A DNA stretch of 64,000 nt from Vulcanimicrobiota bacterium (GTDB lineage: Bacteria > Vulcanimicrobiota > Vulcanimicrobiia > Vulcanimicrobiales > Vulcanimicrobiaceae): positions 1-64,000 of the forward strand of contig CAWGBN010000006.1 of NCBI GenBank assembly GCA_963820825.1, read 5' to 3'. The position numbers were made by a program, and so were the translations under genes. Positions 18,663 to 26,676 of the stretch are shown piece by piece (the first letter of the stretch is position 1; each line of letters starts with the position of its first letter). A model generated the notes under the pieces. It did no database searches and had not been told where the DNA came from. It saw nothing but the letters and a program-made list of their open reading frames with translations.

Positions 18663-19785
18663 CGTATTCGCCGGGATCCCAAAACTTTTTTCGGCGCAAC
18701 TCGACTGCAAGCGTGGGGTCGACGGCGCGGTAAAAGTACGACCAGTTCTGCTTTCGGCGGTATGGAGCGAGCGCGTCGAAAGCGGCCGTTCGAGCTACCC
18801 CGGCTCCGGGTTTGTCGAGAACGCACACGTCTTCCGCGACGCATTTTCGCTGCGCCGCCGCGAGCAAGTCCGGAAGGAGATCGACGTCCCGCTCGATGCT
18901 CTGAAAATCGACCAGGCGCATGCGGCGAACCTCTCCGGTGGCGCCTTGACGCTTGAAGATGCCGTACGCCCGAAGCTGGCGATTCTGCGACGCGGTTAAG
19001 ATCCACAGACGTCCCCGGCGCATCGGTACCGAAAAGTGCCACGAGAGCGTCGCACTATCTCGTGCCGCCATCAGCGTGTTGGGGTTTTGACGCAGCAGCT
19101 CGTCCCAGAACGTATCGAAGCGCGAATCGAACCGGTCGGTCGATTCGACGTCGAATGCGGAGCGCGTCTTGGGGAAGTCCCGGCTCAAGACGAGGTCCTT
19201 TAGCCGCAGCGCGGCGCCGGCGGGGGGCGCGAGAACCCGTACGAGCGGCACGTTGAGCTTCTGCAACGCCCTGGTCGCGAAGGCGCGATAGCCCGTGACG
19301 AAATAGGAGATCGTCTCCCAATCGCCGGCCGGAATGCGGTTCGAAAATTCGTTGAATGCCGCTAACGCTGCCGGTCCGATGGTCGTATCGACGAAGACGT
19401 CCACGCACGGTTGATTGAACCGCTCGTCGAGGAGCCAGAGCGCGTAACCGCGATACTCGGGTGCGACCACCCACCCCCGTCCGCTCGCCGCCATAAGGTG
19501 CTCGCCGCGAAAGTGATAGAGCAGCGGAATGTTACCGATGCAGCCGACGATCTGCCGGTCGGCGGTCTCCAGCACCCACCCGATCGGCCATCGCTTACCG
19601 AGATGCGGCCAAAGCGGACTCCCATGCCAGAGCATGCGCCAGTCGTCCGGAGACGAGGCTTCCGGAGTGAGTGCCGCCTCTAAGCGTACGATCTGTTCGT
19701 AGTCGTCGAAACGCGCGGGCCGCAGGTGCGGACGCGCGCGTCCCGGCATCTGCGGCAACTCGGCCCTCGCGAGATTCGCGCTCAT
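18640..19785 (-). CDS. GNAT-fold acyl/aminoacyl transferase-like protein (tandem GNAT)
   Basis: LRPA..DDYEQI, IVGCIG, WVVAPEYRG (GNAT motif A), second half RD...L.W; C-terminal DGD; ATGA-coupled to the P450. Confidence 0.6.
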   Translation of the reverse strand: MSANLARAELPQMPGRARPHLRPARFDDYEQIVRLEAALTPEASSPDDWRMLWHGSPLWPHLGKRWPIGWVLETADRQIVGCIGNIPLLYHFRGEHLMAASGRGWVVAPEYRGYALWLLDERFNQPCVDVFVDTTIGPAALAAFNEFSNRIPAGDWETISYFVTGYRAFATRALQKLNVPLVRVLAPPAGAALRLKDLVLSRDFPKTRSAFDVESTDRFDSRFDTFWDELLRQNPNTLMAARDSATLSWHFSVPMRRGRLWILTASQNRQLRAYGIFKRQGATGEVRRMRLVDFQSIERDVDLLPDLLAAAQRKCVAEDVCVLDKPGAGVARTAAFDALAPYRRKQNWSYFYRAVDPTLAVELRRKKFWDPGEYDGDASIE

Positions 19786-21020
19786 GACGCCGCTTCGTAT
19801 CGAAGCGGAAGCGCCACCAAACCGCGCAGACCGAGATTTTCGCGCCAGACGAGCTCCTCGCTCGCCAGCTCGAGCGCCGAGAACCGGCGCAGAAGCGCCT
19901 CGAAAGCAACCTGCGCTTCGATGCGCGCCAACGGCGCTCCGAAGCAAAAATGCGCGGCCCATCCGAACGCGAGATGACGGTTATCCTCACGGTCGAAGTT
20001 GAGGCGATCCGGATCGGGAAAACGCTCCGGATCGCGGTTCCCCGCAGCCATCACCGCGATAACCGCCTGCCGCTTGCGAATTCGCTTCCCACCCAGAACG
20101 ACGTCGTCGGGGGCTAAGCGCGCCGTATGCTGGCTGGGGCTTTCGTACCGCAGCAGCTCCTCGACCGCGGCGGGCATGATCTCCGCGTCATCGCGCAGCC
20201 GCGCGAGCGCGGCGGGATTGCGCAAGAGCGTCAGCATGCCGTTCCCGATCAGATTCGTCGTCGTCTCCTGGCCGCCGACCATCGTGACGATGCAATTGGC
20301 GATGATCTCTTCATCGGTCAGGCGGTCTCCGTCGACTTCGCTGGACAGCAGCGATTGAATCAAACCTTCGCGCGGACGTTTGCGTTGTTCGCGAAGCGCC
20401 GCTTCGAAGTACCCGGTCAGCTTTTCGACGGCGTCCAGCACCGAGTCCAACTGATCGGGATTGTGCTGAAAGTTTCCCAGCATTCCCGCGAAGGTCGCCG
20501 ACCAGTCTTTGAGCGTGCGATGATCCTCCACCGGCACGCCGAGCATCTCCGCCGTAACGATTGCCGGAAGCGGCTCGGCAAAGTCTGCCAGTAGATCCAT
20601 GCGTCCGGTGCCGCGCGCGATCGCCTCGTCGATGAGCCCCTCGGCGATCTTTTCGATGTGACCGCGAAGCGCGCGCACGCGCGCCGGCATGAAGGCCGGA
20701 GCCGCGAGCTTGCGCAAGCGCGTATGTGCCGGTGGATCGAGAAAGAGCATCTGCTTGACCATGACCTTCGCGACCGGCCCGACGTGTGGTGCTCCCAACG
20801 CTTCGAAAAACTGCGGCGAGGGAGCCCGGTCGGCCGAATAGCGCGTCAAAACGGTCACGACGTCTTCGTATCGAGTGACGACCCAAGCGTGCAGATAGGG
20901 ATCCCAGTGCACCGGCGCCTCTTCGCGTAATCGGCGATAGAGCGGATAAGGGTCGGCGAGTACGTCCGGATCGAGCAGGTGATAGAGACTCAGCGGCGTT
21001 TCGGCCGCATTTTCGGTCAT
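19782..21020 (-). CDS. Cytochrome P450
   Basis: DPPAHTRLR, GGQETT, EELLR, NRDP..F..PD and FGWAAHFCFG heme motif; ATGA-coupled to the NRPS stop. Confidence 0.95.
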   Translation of the reverse strand: MTENAAETPLSLYHLLDPDVLADPYPLYRRLREEAPVHWDPYLHAWVVTRYEDVVTVLTRYSADRAPSPQFFEALGAPHVGPVAKVMVKQMLFLDPPAHTRLRKLAAPAFMPARVRALRGHIEKIAEGLIDEAIARGTGRMDLLADFAEPLPAIVTAEMLGVPVEDHRTLKDWSATFAGMLGNFQHNPDQLDSVLDAVEKLTGYFEAALREQRKRPREGLIQSLLSSEVDGDRLTDEEIIANCIVTMVGGQETTTNLIGNGMLTLLRNPAALARLRDDAEIMPAAVEELLRYESPSQHTARLAPDDVVLGGKRIRKRQAVIAVMAAGNRDPERFPDPDRLNFDREDNRHLAFGWAAHFCFGAPLARIEAQVAFEALLRRFSALELASEELVWRENLGLRGLVALPLRYEAAS

Positions 21021-22861
21021 CGAGGCACGCATTCTCGGGCATCCGCGCGCATCAAACGCGCAACTTCCTTGGCGAGTTCGCGCACCGTCGGCGCGTCGAA
21101 AACCTGCCGAAGCGGCAGTTTCACGTCGAATGCTTCGCGGATGCGCGCCACGAGCTGCACGCCGAACATCGAATGCCCGCCGATCATGAATAGGTTCTCG
21201 TCGACGTCGATGGCCGGCCGGCCCATCAGCACCGCCACGAGCCCGGCGATTTGCTCCTCGAGGTCGGTCATTTTGCCGTTGGCCGCGGACTTCGGCATCA
21301 GATTATCGGCGCGCGGCACCGGCAGGGCCGCTTTGTCGAGCTTGCCGTTCGACATGACCGGCAAAGCCGGAATCGAGACGAAGAATGCGGGGATCATGTA
21401 GCTCGGGAGTTTCGCAGCGAGATAATCGCGCAGCTCGGATTCCGTCGGCTGCGCGTCGGCGACCGGAACGACGTAAGCCGCCAGCGCGGGTCCGCCGGCC
21501 GGATCGTCGACCAGCGAAACGGTGGCGGCAGCGATCGCAGGATGCCGGCTTAGGCACGCATCGATCTCGCCCGGCTCGATACGGTAACCGCGGATCTTGA
21601 CCTGATCGTCGAAGCGTCCGAGAAATTCGAGCTCGCCGTTCTCCCGCGAACGTACGCGATCGCCCGTGCGATACAGGCGCAGCGATTCACCCGATGCGGT
21701 GATGTACGTAACGAAACGTCTCGCGGTGAGCTCGGGCATGTTGCGATATCCCCGCGCTAGGAGCGGACCGCCGATGCAGAGCTCGCCCCACTCGCCCGCA
21801 GCGACCGGACGCAACGCCTCGTCGAGAACCATCGCCGTTGCGTTGTCTATCGGCCGGCCGATTGTGGGCGCGACCGCATCTCCTTCGCCCGGCGCAACTG
21901 CGCCCGACGTCGCAACCACCGTGCATTCCGTGGGGCCGTAGTTGTTGACAACCGCAAACGGCAATCCAGCCGGCGGCCGGCGCAAGAGCGCGTCGCCGCC
22001 GGTCAACAGCACGCGCAGCGCGGCATCTGCGGGCCACTGCACGCGGAACAATTGCTCGGCCATCACCGTGGGTATGAAGCCGATCGTAATCTTCTGCTCC
22101 ACGATCCAGTCGCGAAGCAGTTCGGGCGCACGCCGCGTCGCTTCGTCGGCGATGTGCAGGCTCGCGCCTGCGGTAAGGTAGGGCCAAATCTCCCAAGCCG
22201 CGGCATCGAACCCAAGGCCGGCGACCTGACTCGCGCGATCGAACGCGGAGACCGCAAAGGCCGATTGGTGCCAATCGATCAAGTTGCAGAGGCCGGCATG
22301 CGATACCTCGACGCCCTTGGGCTGCCCCGTCGTGCCCGAGGTATAGATGACGTACGCGAGCGTTTTCGAATCGATATCCGCCGCCGCGAAGGCCGGGCCG
22401 CTCGCGCTCGGGCGGTCGACCGCGAAGACCGGCCACGGCGCCTGCGCGAACTGCGTCGCAAAGCGCGCGCCGGTGACGAGCGCAACGATGCCGGCATCGG
22501 CAAGAATCGCCGCGATCCGGTCGTCGGGCGTAGAGGGATCGAGGGGTACGTACGCCGCGCCGGCCTTCAGCGCCGCCAGTGCCCCGACGACGAAGTGCGT
22601 CGAACGCTCCAGTAGCAGCCCGACGCAGCGTTCCGGCCCGGCACCGGCCGCCCGCAGGCCCGCCGCAAGCCGGTTCGCTTCGCGTTCGAGCTCGGCATAC
22701 GTCAGACGCCGCAGCTCGTCGCTCACGGCGATCTTACTGGGCGTCGCGCCGGCATGGGACGCGATGCGACTGGGAATCGAACGCGTCGCAGCCGCATGAG
22801 CGGATCGCATGCTGCCGGCTTCTTCCGAGCGCGGTCCCGTGCGCGAGCGGATTATCTCCAT
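21017..22861 (-). CDS. Stand-alone NRPS adenylation-PCP didomain (Leu-type code DAWFLGNVVK)
   Basis: LTYAEL, AYVPLDP, YTSGTTGQPKG, YGPTE, GELCIGG, YRTGD and NGKLD cores; PCP GGHS; no C or TE domain; AGGAG SD before ATG 22861. Confidence 0.93.
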   Translation of the reverse strand: MEIIRSRTGPRSEEAGSMRSAHAAATRSIPSRIASHAGATPSKIAVSDELRRLTYAELEREANRLAAGLRAAGAGPERCVGLLLERSTHFVVGALAALKAGAAYVPLDPSTPDDRIAAILADAGIVALVTGARFATQFAQAPWPVFAVDRPSASGPAFAAADIDSKTLAYVIYTSGTTGQPKGVEVSHAGLCNLIDWHQSAFAVSAFDRASQVAGLGFDAAAWEIWPYLTAGASLHIADEATRRAPELLRDWIVEQKITIGFIPTVMAEQLFRVQWPADAALRVLLTGGDALLRRPPAGLPFAVVNNYGPTECTVVATSGAVAPGEGDAVAPTIGRPIDNATAMVLDEALRPVAAGEWGELCIGGPLLARGYRNMPELTARRFVTYITASGESLRLYRTGDRVRSRENGELEFLGRFDDQVKIRGYRIEPGEIDACLSRHPAIAAATVSLVDDPAGGPALAAYVVPVADAQPTESELRDYLAAKLPSYMIPAFFVSIPALPVMSNGKLDKAALPVPRADNLMPKSAANGKMTDLEEQIAGLVAVLMGRPAIDVDENLFMIGGHSMFGVQLVARIREAFDVKLPLRQVFDAPTVRELAKEVARLMRADARECVPR

Positions 22862-22915
22862 TCTTCTCCTACTACCTTCGAATAGCAATCAGTGAACGAG
22901 TAAAGGAACTGCTCT

Positions 22916-24346
22916 TTAGTACCAGCGCTGGAACAGCACTTCAACCCCGGTCTTAAACGTAATGAAGATGTCGAGGATCGGCGAGTAGTTTTCGATGTAG
23001 AATAGATCGAGATCGAGCCGCTCTCCGATCATCTCGAGTCCGGGGCTACGACGCATGTGGACGTGAGCCCAGCCGGTAATGCCGGGGCGCACCAAGTGGC
23101 GCTCGTCGTATCGCGCGTGCTCGTCACGGAAGCGCTCGACGAAGACGGGCCGCTCGGGACGCGGCCCGACGATCGACATCTCGCCGCGGAGAACGTTGAT
23201 GAACTGCGGAAGCTCGTCGATGCTGGTCTTGCGAATGAACGCTCCGACCTTCGTCGTGCGGTTGTCCTTGACCGGATCGCCGATTGCCCAGACGGGACCG
23301 CACTTCACTTCGGCGTCCTGCACCATCGAACGCAGCTTGAGTATCTCGAAGGGCTTTCCGGCTCGCCCCACACGCGTTTGACGGTAGACGACCGGACCAC
23401 CCGACTCTAGATAGATCGCGAGCATCGCCGCCAACATGATCGGGCCGGTCAGCACCAGGGCTATGGAAGAAACGACGATATCGAAGATTCGCTTCAATGC
23501 GAGGTTGACCGGCTTGCACGCGGCGACGCGCCCGGCGATGAGCACCGGTTGGCGTTGCGACCCCAGCACGCCTAACGGCCCGGCCTGCGGCGAGAATCCG
23601 GGCGGAGCGAAGCCGATCGTGATGTTATCGCGCGCCGCGCGCTCGACGAGGAGTGCGGTGCTCACGCTCGGCATGCCGGCAAATATGATCTCGTCGCACC
23701 CCTGCGCTTTGACCCGATCGTACCAGGACGCCGCAGAGACGTCGGCCGCGGCCTTGATGGCCCTTTCCGTCTTCTGCATCGGGACGAGGCGCAGCGAGAT
23801 CGAGCTCGCATCGAAGGCTCGGGCCATCGGACTGAGATATTCGGGAGGCGCGACCAGCGCGATGCGGCGTTTGTGCCGTTCGCGGTTCATCTTGAAACGC
23901 CCGTGGATGAGCGAACGGCCCGTCCCGACGAGAACGACCGAGATCGCGAAGGAAGCCAGCAGTACGAGCCGCGAGCTCGACAACGACGGGACGATGCTGA
24001 ACAGTATCAACAGCGGCGCGACACCCGTCGTCAATCCAAGGATGACATTGTACCATTCGTCTTTGCCATCGAGCGCGTACGAGATGCGATAGAGTCCAAG
24101 CACCTTGAACGTTACGATCGAACCAGCGGCCCAGATCACGGCCGATTGGACGACGCGTTCGTAATCGAGCTGATCGTTGAGAGAGACGACGCACCACACG
24201 GCGAGAAACGACGCAATGGCGAGCATGAGGAGGTCGCTGAAAAATAACGCGGAGGCCCTACCGAATTCGAAGGTCTGGATGGCGCGGCTGCGCTCGGATG
24301 CTCGCGGCGGCGAGTGGGCTGCGACGGCCAGGTCGGGCAACGCCAT
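22916..24346 (-). CDS. Priming glycosyltransferase (polyprenyl-phosphate glycosylphosphotransferase, WcaJ/GumD-like)
   Basis: 4-5 TMs; KRIFD, KLRSM, RKTSIDELPQFINVLRGEMSIVGPRPE and RPGITGWA motifs. Confidence 0.93.
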   Translation of the reverse strand: MALPDLAVAAHSPPRASERSRAIQTFEFGRASALFFSDLLMLAIASFLAVWCVVSLNDQLDYERVVQSAVIWAAGSIVTFKVLGLYRISYALDGKDEWYNVILGLTTGVAPLLILFSIVPSLSSSRLVLLASFAISVVLVGTGRSLIHGRFKMNRERHKRRIALVAPPEYLSPMARAFDASSISLRLVPMQKTERAIKAAADVSAASWYDRVKAQGCDEIIFAGMPSVSTALLVERAARDNITIGFAPPGFSPQAGPLGVLGSQRQPVLIAGRVAACKPVNLALKRIFDIVVSSIALVLTGPIMLAAMLAIYLESGGPVVYRQTRVGRAGKPFEILKLRSMVQDAEVKCGPVWAIGDPVKDNRTTKVGAFIRKTSIDELPQFINVLRGEMSIVGPRPERPVFVERFRDEHARYDERHLVRPGITGWAHVHMRRSPGLEMIGERLDLDLFYIENYSPILDIFITFKTGVEVLFQRWY

Positions 24347-24539
24347 ACTCAGCCTCTCACCCTCAAGGTGCGGCCCTTCGATGACCTCGGCAACGACCGT
24401 TGCCTGCCCCGCCGAAGATGTTTGATGGTCCCCCCTAGAACGTCAAAAGCGCGAAAGCGTAAGAAGCAGAAGCGACGTAAAGCCCCCGGCTTGAAAAAAA
24501 CCGAAACAACCGAAGAGCAGTAAGGCCCCCGGACGAGCT

Positions 24540-24573
24540 ATTATGCACCAGTTTTGTTAACGCGTCAACAAAA
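24540..24573 (-). promoter_or_regulatory. Sigma70-type promoter of the polysaccharide operon, overlapped by a 22-bp palindrome
   Basis: TTGACG-N17-CATAAT on the minus strand; TTTTGTTAACGCGTCAACAAAA (24552-24573) has one mismatched pair. Confidence 0.7.
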
Positions 24574-24753
24574 TTTAACGGCGCTTAATCGGCTTCTCGC
24601 TCCAGGGCCCTCCTTTCTGAACTGAGCCGAGTCGCACAATTCTTGCCGAGTCGTACGGAGAAGGCCCCAAAACGCCGTAAAATTGGGGCGGACCGTAAAG
24701 GAATCTTGACCTTTTTTAAAGCCCGGGAAGGGTGCTATGAATAGAGGGCGATT

Positions 24754-25326
24754 ATGAACGAGCGCGGCTCAATGGGCAGCGATTCCTACGTGCGGATGGG
24801 CTCCCGCGAGCTCTACCGCAATCCATGGGTCGCCGTCGAGGCTCACGAGATCATACATCCGACCGGTGTCCCGGGCGAGCACGTACTGATCGTTACGCCC
24901 CAGCCCTGCGGAGTGGTCGTCGAAGACGGCGACGACCTATTATTCACTCGCCAGCCGCGTTTTGGGGCGCAAGGCGACGTCACCGAGATCGTCAAAGGCG
25001 GCCGGCAGCCCGGCGAGTCCGTCCTCGAATCGGCGCAGCGGGAGCTGCGGGAGGAGCTTGGTGTAACGGCACGCGACTGGTCCGACCTGGGGATCCTGCA
25101 CGAGATTCCGTCGATCGTGGCCCCCCCGGTGGTCATTTTCTTGGCTCGCGACCTCCAACTCGGAGCGGCGGAGCCCGAGGGCGTAGAGCGCATCCGCCTC
25201 GTCCGGCTCACGGCGAGCGCCGCGATCGATGCGGCTCTTAGCGGGGAAATCGATGACGCCGTGACCGTCGCGGCACTCTTTCGCTACGCCGTCGGGACCG
25301 GAAAGCTCGCGCGGCCGGCGTTCTAA
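24754..25326 (+). CDS. NUDIX hydrolase (ADP-ribose pyrophosphatase-like)
   Basis: G..QPGES....AQRELREELG Nudix box; I.DA.T motif. Confidence 0.85.
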   Translation: MNERGSMGSDSYVRMGSRELYRNPWVAVEAHEIIHPTGVPGEHVLIVTPQPCGVVVEDGDDLLFTRQPRFGAQGDVTEIVKGGRQPGESVLESAQRELREELGVTARDWSDLGILHEIPSIVAPPVVIFLARDLQLGAAEPEGVERIRLVRLTASAAIDAALSGEIDDAVTVAALFRYAVGTGKLARPAF

Positions 25327-25332
25327 GCCGTT

Positions 25333-26676
25333 CTACTTCTTGGGCAGCGGGCGTGCCGGATTTCCCGCGACGCGTTCCCCTTGCGCCACGTCCTTCGTCA
25401 CCACCGAGCCTGCACCGGTGAGCGCTCCATCACCGATCGTAACCGGAGCGACCAGCGAGGTATTCGAACCGATCGATACGCCGCGTCCGACGACCGTTGG
25501 GTTCTTCTTCGAACCGTCGAAGTTACAGGTGATCGTCCCCGCGCCGACGTTGGTATCTTCGCCGATCGTCGCATCGCCGAGATACGAAAGGTGGCTCACT
25601 TTCACCCCGCGCGCCAGCTTCGACTTTTTAATTTCGACGAAGTTGCCGACGTGCACGCAATCGTCGAGTCGCGTCTCGCCGCGCAAGTGCGCGAAGGGCC
25701 CGACCGTAACGTCGCTGCCCAGCGTCGAGTTCAGGATCACGCTCTCCCGAACGGTCACGCGCGCGCCCAGCGTCGCGTGCGTGAGCCGTGCATTCGGCCC
25801 GATTACGCATCCTTGCCCGAGCGTGGAGAGCCGGGAGATCGCCGTGTTTGGATAGATCACCGTATCGGCCCCGATCTCGAGCTCGGGCTCGAGGTAGGTC
25901 GTCTCGGGATCGACGATGGTCACGCCGTCGCGCATATGCTTGGTGCAGAGCCGCGCGTTCATCTCTTTACGCGCCTGCGCCAGCTCGACCCGATCGTTGA
26001 TGCCGAGGACGTGCAGGTGGTCGCCGGCGACGACCGGCTTGACCGATCGGCCGCTCTCGACAAAATAGGCCACGGCGTCGGTCAGATAGTACTCGGATTG
26101 CGCGTTGTCATCGCGCAGCTGCGCGATCGCTTCGCGCAGCGCGGCTTCGTCGAATGCGTAGATCCCGGCATTCATCTCGTCGATTGCGATCTCACTCGGC
26201 GTCGCGTCGCGCACCTCGACGATACGCTCGACCGCCGAACCGCGGCGGACGATGCGCCCGAAGCTCGACGGGAGCGGCATTTTGACGGTCACGAGCGACA
26301 TCGCCGCACCGTCGCGCGGCTCCGAATCGAGCGCTTCGACGACGCCGCGGAAGATTTCGTGCGTCACCAGCGGCATATCGCCGCAGGCGACGACGACGCG
26401 GCCGCCGGCGCGCGGCTCTAAGCGCTCGAGCGCGACGCGCACGGCGTGGCCGGTCCCGAGCTGCTCGGCTTGGAGCACGCTCTCGACGCCGAAGCCGCCG
26501 ATCTCTTCTTGCAGCTCGTCGTTCACCACGACGAGGATCTCGGCGATGCCCGCCTCGCGAAGCGCGCTGATGACGTACCAGAGCATCGGACGGCCGCAGA
26601 TTTCGTGCAGCACTTTCGAGCGCGCGCTCTTCATGCGCGTGCCCTTCCCCGCGGCGAGAACGATGGCGCGAATCAT
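25333..26676 (-). CDS. glmU: Bifunctional UDP-GlcNAc pyrophosphorylase / glucosamine-1-P acetyltransferase
   Basis: LAAGKGTRMKS, QLGTGHA, EYYLTD, GNFVEIK and HLSYLGD motifs; ATGA-coupled to gltX. Confidence 0.97.
   Translation of the reverse strand: MIRAIVLAAGKGTRMKSARSKVLHEICGRPMLWYVISALREAGIAEILVVVNDELQEEIGGFGVESVLQAEQLGTGHAVRVALERLEPRAGGRVVVACGDMPLVTHEIFRGVVEALDSEPRDGAAMSLVTVKMPLPSSFGRIVRRGSAVERIVEVRDATPSEIAIDEMNAGIYAFDEAALREAIAQLRDDNAQSEYYLTDAVAYFVESGRSVKPVVAGDHLHVLGINDRVELAQARKEMNARLCTKHMRDGVTIVDPETTYLEPELEIGADTVIYPNTAISRLSTLGQGCVIGPNARLTHATLGARVTVRESVILNSTLGSDVTVGPFAHLRGETRLDDCVHVGNFVEIKKSKLARGVKVSHLSYLGDATIGEDTNVGAGTITCNFDGSKKNPTVVGRGVSIGSNTSLVAPVTIGDGALTGAGSVVTKDVAQGERVAGNPARPLPKK

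Noticed and set aside
15018..19042. Long alternative-frame ORFs (15018..16226, 17952..18956, 17971..18999, 18374..19042)
   Set aside because: Antisense or off-frame shadows of well-supported genes, expected at high GC; no motifs
17892..22861. Classical NRPS antibiotic or siderophore cluster
   Set aside because: No C, TE or additional modules, transporters or resistance genes; the cassette is co-oriented within, and coupled to, polysaccharide genes
24314..24523. Lys/Arg-rich 69-aa + ORF
   Set aside because: It is the reverse complement of the pyrimidine-rich operon leader; no SD, and it overlaps the priming-GT start
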